Source: Candidatus Eiseniibacteriota bacterium (GTDB lineage: Bacteria > Eisenbacteria > RBG-16-71-46 > CAVPCR01). From it: a DNA stretch of 64,000 nt. Made by a program: the position numbers and the translations under genes. The first letter of the stretch is position 1. Each line of letters opens with the position of its first letter. Below the pieces are notes generated by a model. It was not told the DNA's origin. It saw only the letters and a list, made by a program, of their open reading frames with translations, and searched no databases. Location: positions 448,001-512,000 of the forward strand of contig CAWGMA010000003.1 of NCBI GenBank assembly GCA_963823555.1. Direction: 5' to 3'. Below are positions 60,507 to 64,000 of this stretch, piece by piece.

Positions 60507-62441
60507 ATGGAATCCCCGGCGGGCGCCGAGCGCCACGTCATCATGGGCACCGCCGGTCATGTCGATCATGGCAAGACGGCGCTGATCCGGCTCCTGACCG
60601 GCATCGATACCGATCGCCTGAAAGAGGAGCGTGAGCGCGGCATCTCGATCGAGCTCGGCTTCGCGCACCTCGATCTGCCCTCGGGGCTTCGGGTCGGGAT
60701 CGTCGACGTGCCGGGCCACGAGCGTTTCGTCAAGCACATGCTGGCTGGCGCCGGCGGCATCGACTTCGTCCTCTTCGTCGTCGCCGCCGATGAGGGCGTG
60801 ATGCCGCAGACGGTCGAGCACCTGCAGATCGTCGAGCTCCTCGGTGTGGAACGGGGTCTCGTGGCGTTGACCAAGGTCGACCTGGTCGAGCCCGATCTCG
60901 CCGAGCTGGCCGCCGAGGACGTGCGGGAGATCCTCGCTCCGACCGCCTTCGCCGAGTGGCCCATCCATCAGGTCTCCGCGGTCACCGGTCAGGGCAAGGA
61001 GGAGCTCATCGCCGCCATCGATGCGCTCGCCCGGAGCGGTGCGGCGCGGAGCGGCGAGGGGCCGGTGCGCCTCCCCATCGATCGCGTCTTCGTCATGGAG
61101 GGGTTCGGCACCGTCGTCACGGGCACGCTCTGGCAGGGCACGATCCGCGAGGGCGACCACCTCCAGGTCCTGCCCCGGGTGCGACCGGTCCGGGTGCGTC
61201 AGGTGCAGGTGCATGGCCGGAAGACTCAGGCGGCGGCAGCGGGACAGCGCGTCGCCGTCGCCCTGCACGGAGTTTCCAAGGACGAGATCGAGCGCGGCGA
61301 GTGGGTCGTCACCCCCGCCGCCTTCGCCGAGACCTCGATCCTCGATGTCCGGCTCCATGCCGTGGCCGGGGGGGAGCGCACGATCGAGCAGCGCGAGCGC
61401 GTGCACTTCCATCTCGGAGCGAGCGAGACGCTGGGACGGATCACGTTCTTCGGGCGCGACGAGCTGCGTCCGGGAGAAGACGATGTGGCTCAGATCCGGC
61501 TCGAATCGCCGGTGGTCGCACAGCGCGGCGATCGCTTCGTCATCCGCTGGTACTCGCCCGTGTCCACCGCGGGCGGCGGCCAGGTGATCGAGGCCGTGGC
61601 GCGCAAGCGGCGGCGCTCGGACATCGAGTCGGCCGCCGCGCTCGCTGTGCTCGAGAGCGGTGCGGCGGAAGAGCGTATCACCGCCGCCGTGGCCGGCCGC
61701 CTCGCCCAGGGGCTCACCGCCGAGGAGATCGCGGAGCGCACCGGAAGCTCGCGCGAGGAGGTCGCGGCCACGCTTGCCGAGCTCGCGGCCCGTGGCGCCG
61801 TCGCCGAGCTCGGGAACGGTCGCTTCGTGAGCGCCGCCTACTTCACCGAGATCAGGACCGAGATCGAGTCCAGCGCGCGCGACTATCAGACCCGCTTCCC
61901 TCTGCGTCATGGCATTCCGCGCGGCGAGCTCCGGAGCCGGTTCTCCGGACGGCTCAAGGTCGAGGGGGTGGATGCGGCCGTCGCGGCTCTCATCGCCGCG
62001 GGCGTTCTCTTCGCCCGCGAGGATCGGTTGCGGCTCGGCGAGGCCACGCTCACCCTGCCCCCGCGCCTCCGCACGGTGGCCGATCGCCTGATGACGATTC
62101 TCGGCGATGCGGGCTACGCCGTCCCGAGCGTCAAGGAAGCGCTGTCGCGCTCCGGCGCCGCCGCCGGAACGGAGGGGCAGGAGCTCCTCGTCTACCTCGC
62201 CGGCGAGGGAGAGATCGTGCGTCTCGGCGATGAGCTCATCTACCGGCGGGAGCAGCTCCAGCAGCTTGAGGCCGATGTGACCAGGGTGCTTCGCGCCAAG
62301 GGCGCCCTCACCATCGCCGACTTCAAGGAGATCACCGGCGTCAGCCGCAAGTACGCCGTTCCGCTTCTCGAGTACCTGGACGGCCGGGGGGTGACGCGGC
62401 GGAGCGGGGACAACCGCGTGCCGGGTCGGCTCTTGACGTAG
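60507..62441 (+). CDS. selB: Selenocysteine-specific elongation factor
   Basis: [29 protein letters not shown]-terminal winged helix [13 protein letters not shown]. Confidence 0.96.
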   Translation: MESPAGAERHVIMGTAGHVDHGKTALIRLLTGIDTDRLKEERERGISIELGFAHLDLPSGLRVGIVDVPGHERFVKHMLAGAGGIDFVLFVVAADEGVMPQTVEHLQIVELLGVERGLVALTKVDLVEPDLAELAAEDVREILAPTAFAEWPIHQVSAVTGQGKEELIAAIDALARSGAARSGEGPVRLPIDRVFVMEGFGTVVTGTLWQGTIREGDHLQVLPRVRPVRVRQVQVHGRKTQAAAAGQRVAVALHGVSKDEIERGEWVVTPAAFAETSILDVRLHAVAGGERTIEQRERVHFHLGASETLGRITFFGRDELRPGEDDVAQIRLESPVVAQRGDRFVIRWYSPVSTAGGGQVIEAVARKRRRSDIESAAALAVLESGAAEERITAAVAGRLAQGLTAEEIAERTGSSREEVAATLAELAARGAVAELGNGRFVSAAYFTEIRTEIESSARDYQTRFPLRHGIPRGELRSRFSGRLKVEGVDAAVAALIAAGVLFAREDRLRLGEATLTLPPRLRTVADRLMTILGDAGYAVPSVKEALSRSGAAAGTEGQELLVYLAGEGEIVRLGDELIYRREQLQQLEADVTRVLRAKGALTIADFKEITGVSRKYAVPLLEYLDGRGVTRRSGDNRVPGRLLT

Positions 62442-62562
62442 CGCGCCGCCGGTGAGCCGGGCTGACCGCGCGGCGTCACCCGGTCGAGCGGCCGGAGCAC
62501 GCGGCGGGAGCGCCGGACCGGGGTAGTGGCAAATCAGAGCCGCCTTGCTAGACTCGACCGCC

Positions 62563-63804
62563 ATGTCCCAGGATCCGCGCCTCGTCATCCGCCCCCAGAC
62601 CGGTCCCGAGCGGGTGGCCCTGCATCACGATCTCGCGCTCAGCCGCTTCCTGCCCACCGGCGGCCATCGCGACTCAACGCGCCGCATCCAGGTCGGAACC
62701 GTGCCGATCGGAGGTGGCGCACCGGTCAGCGTCCAGACCATGACCAAGACCGACACCGCGGATGTGGCGGCCACGGTCGCCGAGATCCAGAAGGTGGCGA
62801 CGGCCGGCGCCGACATCGTGCGCCTCGCCGTTCCCGACAATGCCGCCGCGGCGGCCCTCCCTGCCATCAAGGCCGCCAGCCCGATCCCGATCATCGCGGA
62901 TATCCACTTCAACTACCTGCTCGCGCTCCGCGCCCTCGAGGCGGGTGTCGATGGTTTGCGACTCAACCCGGGCAATGTGGGCGGTCGCGAACGGGTGGAG
63001 ACCGTGGCGCGCGAGGCGCAGGCCCGCCACGTGCCGATCCGCATCGGCGTCAACGCCGGCTCTCTCGAACGCGACCTCCTCGAGGCGCACGGTGGGCCGA
63101 CTCCCGAGGCCATGGTCGAGAGCGGGCTCCGTCACATCCAGATCCTCGAGGATGTCGGCTTCTTCGCCATCAAGGTGAGCCTCAAAGCCTCGAACGTGCC
63201 GATGACGGTAGCCGCCTATCGGCTCATGGCCAAGCGCAGCCGCTATCCGCTCCATCTCGGGATCACCGAGGCCGGCACCGCGCGCTCCGGCGCCGTCAAG
63301 TCCGCGGTCGGTCTCGGCATCCTGCTTGCCGAGGGCATCGGAGACACGATCCGGGTCTCCCTCGCCACCGATCCCGCCGAGGAGGTCGTGGTCGGGATCC
63401 AGATCCTGCGCTCGCTCGCGCTCCGGGCGCCTGGCGTCAACGTGATCGCGTGCCCGAGCTGCGGGCGCACCGAGATCGATGTCGAGAAGGTGGCGACCGC
63501 GGTCGAGAAGCGGATCGGGTCGCTGCCCTATCAGGTCAACGTGGCGGTCATGGGGTGCGCGGTGAACGGGCCCGGGGAGGCGGCTGAAGCCCAGCTCGGG
63601 TTCGCCGCGGGGGGGCGCGGCGGGCTTCTCTACCGCGACGGCAAGGTGGTCGGGCGCGTGCAAGCGAGCGAGGAAGAGATTGCCGATGTGCTCGCGCGCG
63701 AGGTCGAGGCCTGGGCTCTCGGCCAGCCTTCACCCGCCGAGAGCACCGGAGAGGCGGTGGCGGAGCATCATCCCCATGATGAAGCGGGTGATCCGGGGCT
63801 CTAG
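62563..63804 (+). CDS. ispG: HMBPP synthase (GcpE)
   Basis: ADIHF, RLNPGN, RIGVNAGS, GIGDTIRVSL, CPSCGR, MGCAVNGPGE. Confidence 0.97.
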   Translation: MSQDPRLVIRPQTGPERVALHHDLALSRFLPTGGHRDSTRRIQVGTVPIGGGAPVSVQTMTKTDTADVAATVAEIQKVATAGADIVRLAVPDNAAAAALPAIKAASPIPIIADIHFNYLLALRALEAGVDGLRLNPGNVGGRERVETVAREAQARHVPIRIGVNAGSLERDLLEAHGGPTPEAMVESGLRHIQILEDVGFFAIKVSLKASNVPMTVAAYRLMAKRSRYPLHLGITEAGTARSGAVKSAVGLGILLAEGIGDTIRVSLATDPAEEVVVGIQILRSLALRAPGVNVIACPSCGRTEIDVEKVATAVEKRIGSLPYQVNVAVMGCAVNGPGEAAEAQLGFAAGGRGGLLYRDGKVVGRVQASEEEIADVLAREVEAWALGQPSPAESTGEAVAEHHPHDEAGDPGL

Positions 63805-64000
63805 GGATTCGGATTACTCCCTCGCATCGAGCGCGGGAGAGTGGCCAGAAAGCGACCGCCCCGGAACCAGATCGGCTCCCACTCCCTGGCCAGGTTCCAT
63901 CTCCAAGATCACTTAGATCACCACCGGATCATCAATTCCGTTGACAATTGGGCACCGTGGAGAGACAAGGGAGGGGGTGGCGCGCCCAAGGGGATGGTGG

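Overview
High-GC bacterial chromosomal segment, mostly housekeeping genes: guaB, a complete F-type ATP synthase operon, split-alpha transhydrogenase pntAAB, tyrS, cysteine desulfurase, queG, tsaD, priA, ilvC, rho, rpmE, prfA, prmC, murA, selB and ispG. Accessory content: an arsR-arsP-arsEFG-like cluster, two c-di-GMP signalling loci, two sigma54-type promoters, and several secreted proteins. Four large secreted proteins (two tandem BNR-propeller paralogs, an M4/M36-type and an S8 peptidase) end in T9SS-CTD/FlgD-Ig-like tails. A fifth ends in a short 'PVESTTWGTVKTLYE' tag. This style suggests an uncultured FCB-related lineage such as Ca. Eisenbacteria (inference only). No rRNA, intact tRNA, CRISPR array, integrase or transposase was seen. 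Seven apparent single-base insertions break atpD, queG, tsaD and a diguanylate cyclase and are most likely sequencing errors. Best leads: the short C-terminal TWG-x-x-K tag as a possible second sorting signal, a structured stand-alone RNA candidate after priA, a Rossmann/Cys-cluster protein coupled to queG, mosaic gene conversion between the BNR paralogs, and repeated leaderless promoters. All product calls come from motif recognition by eye, not database searches.
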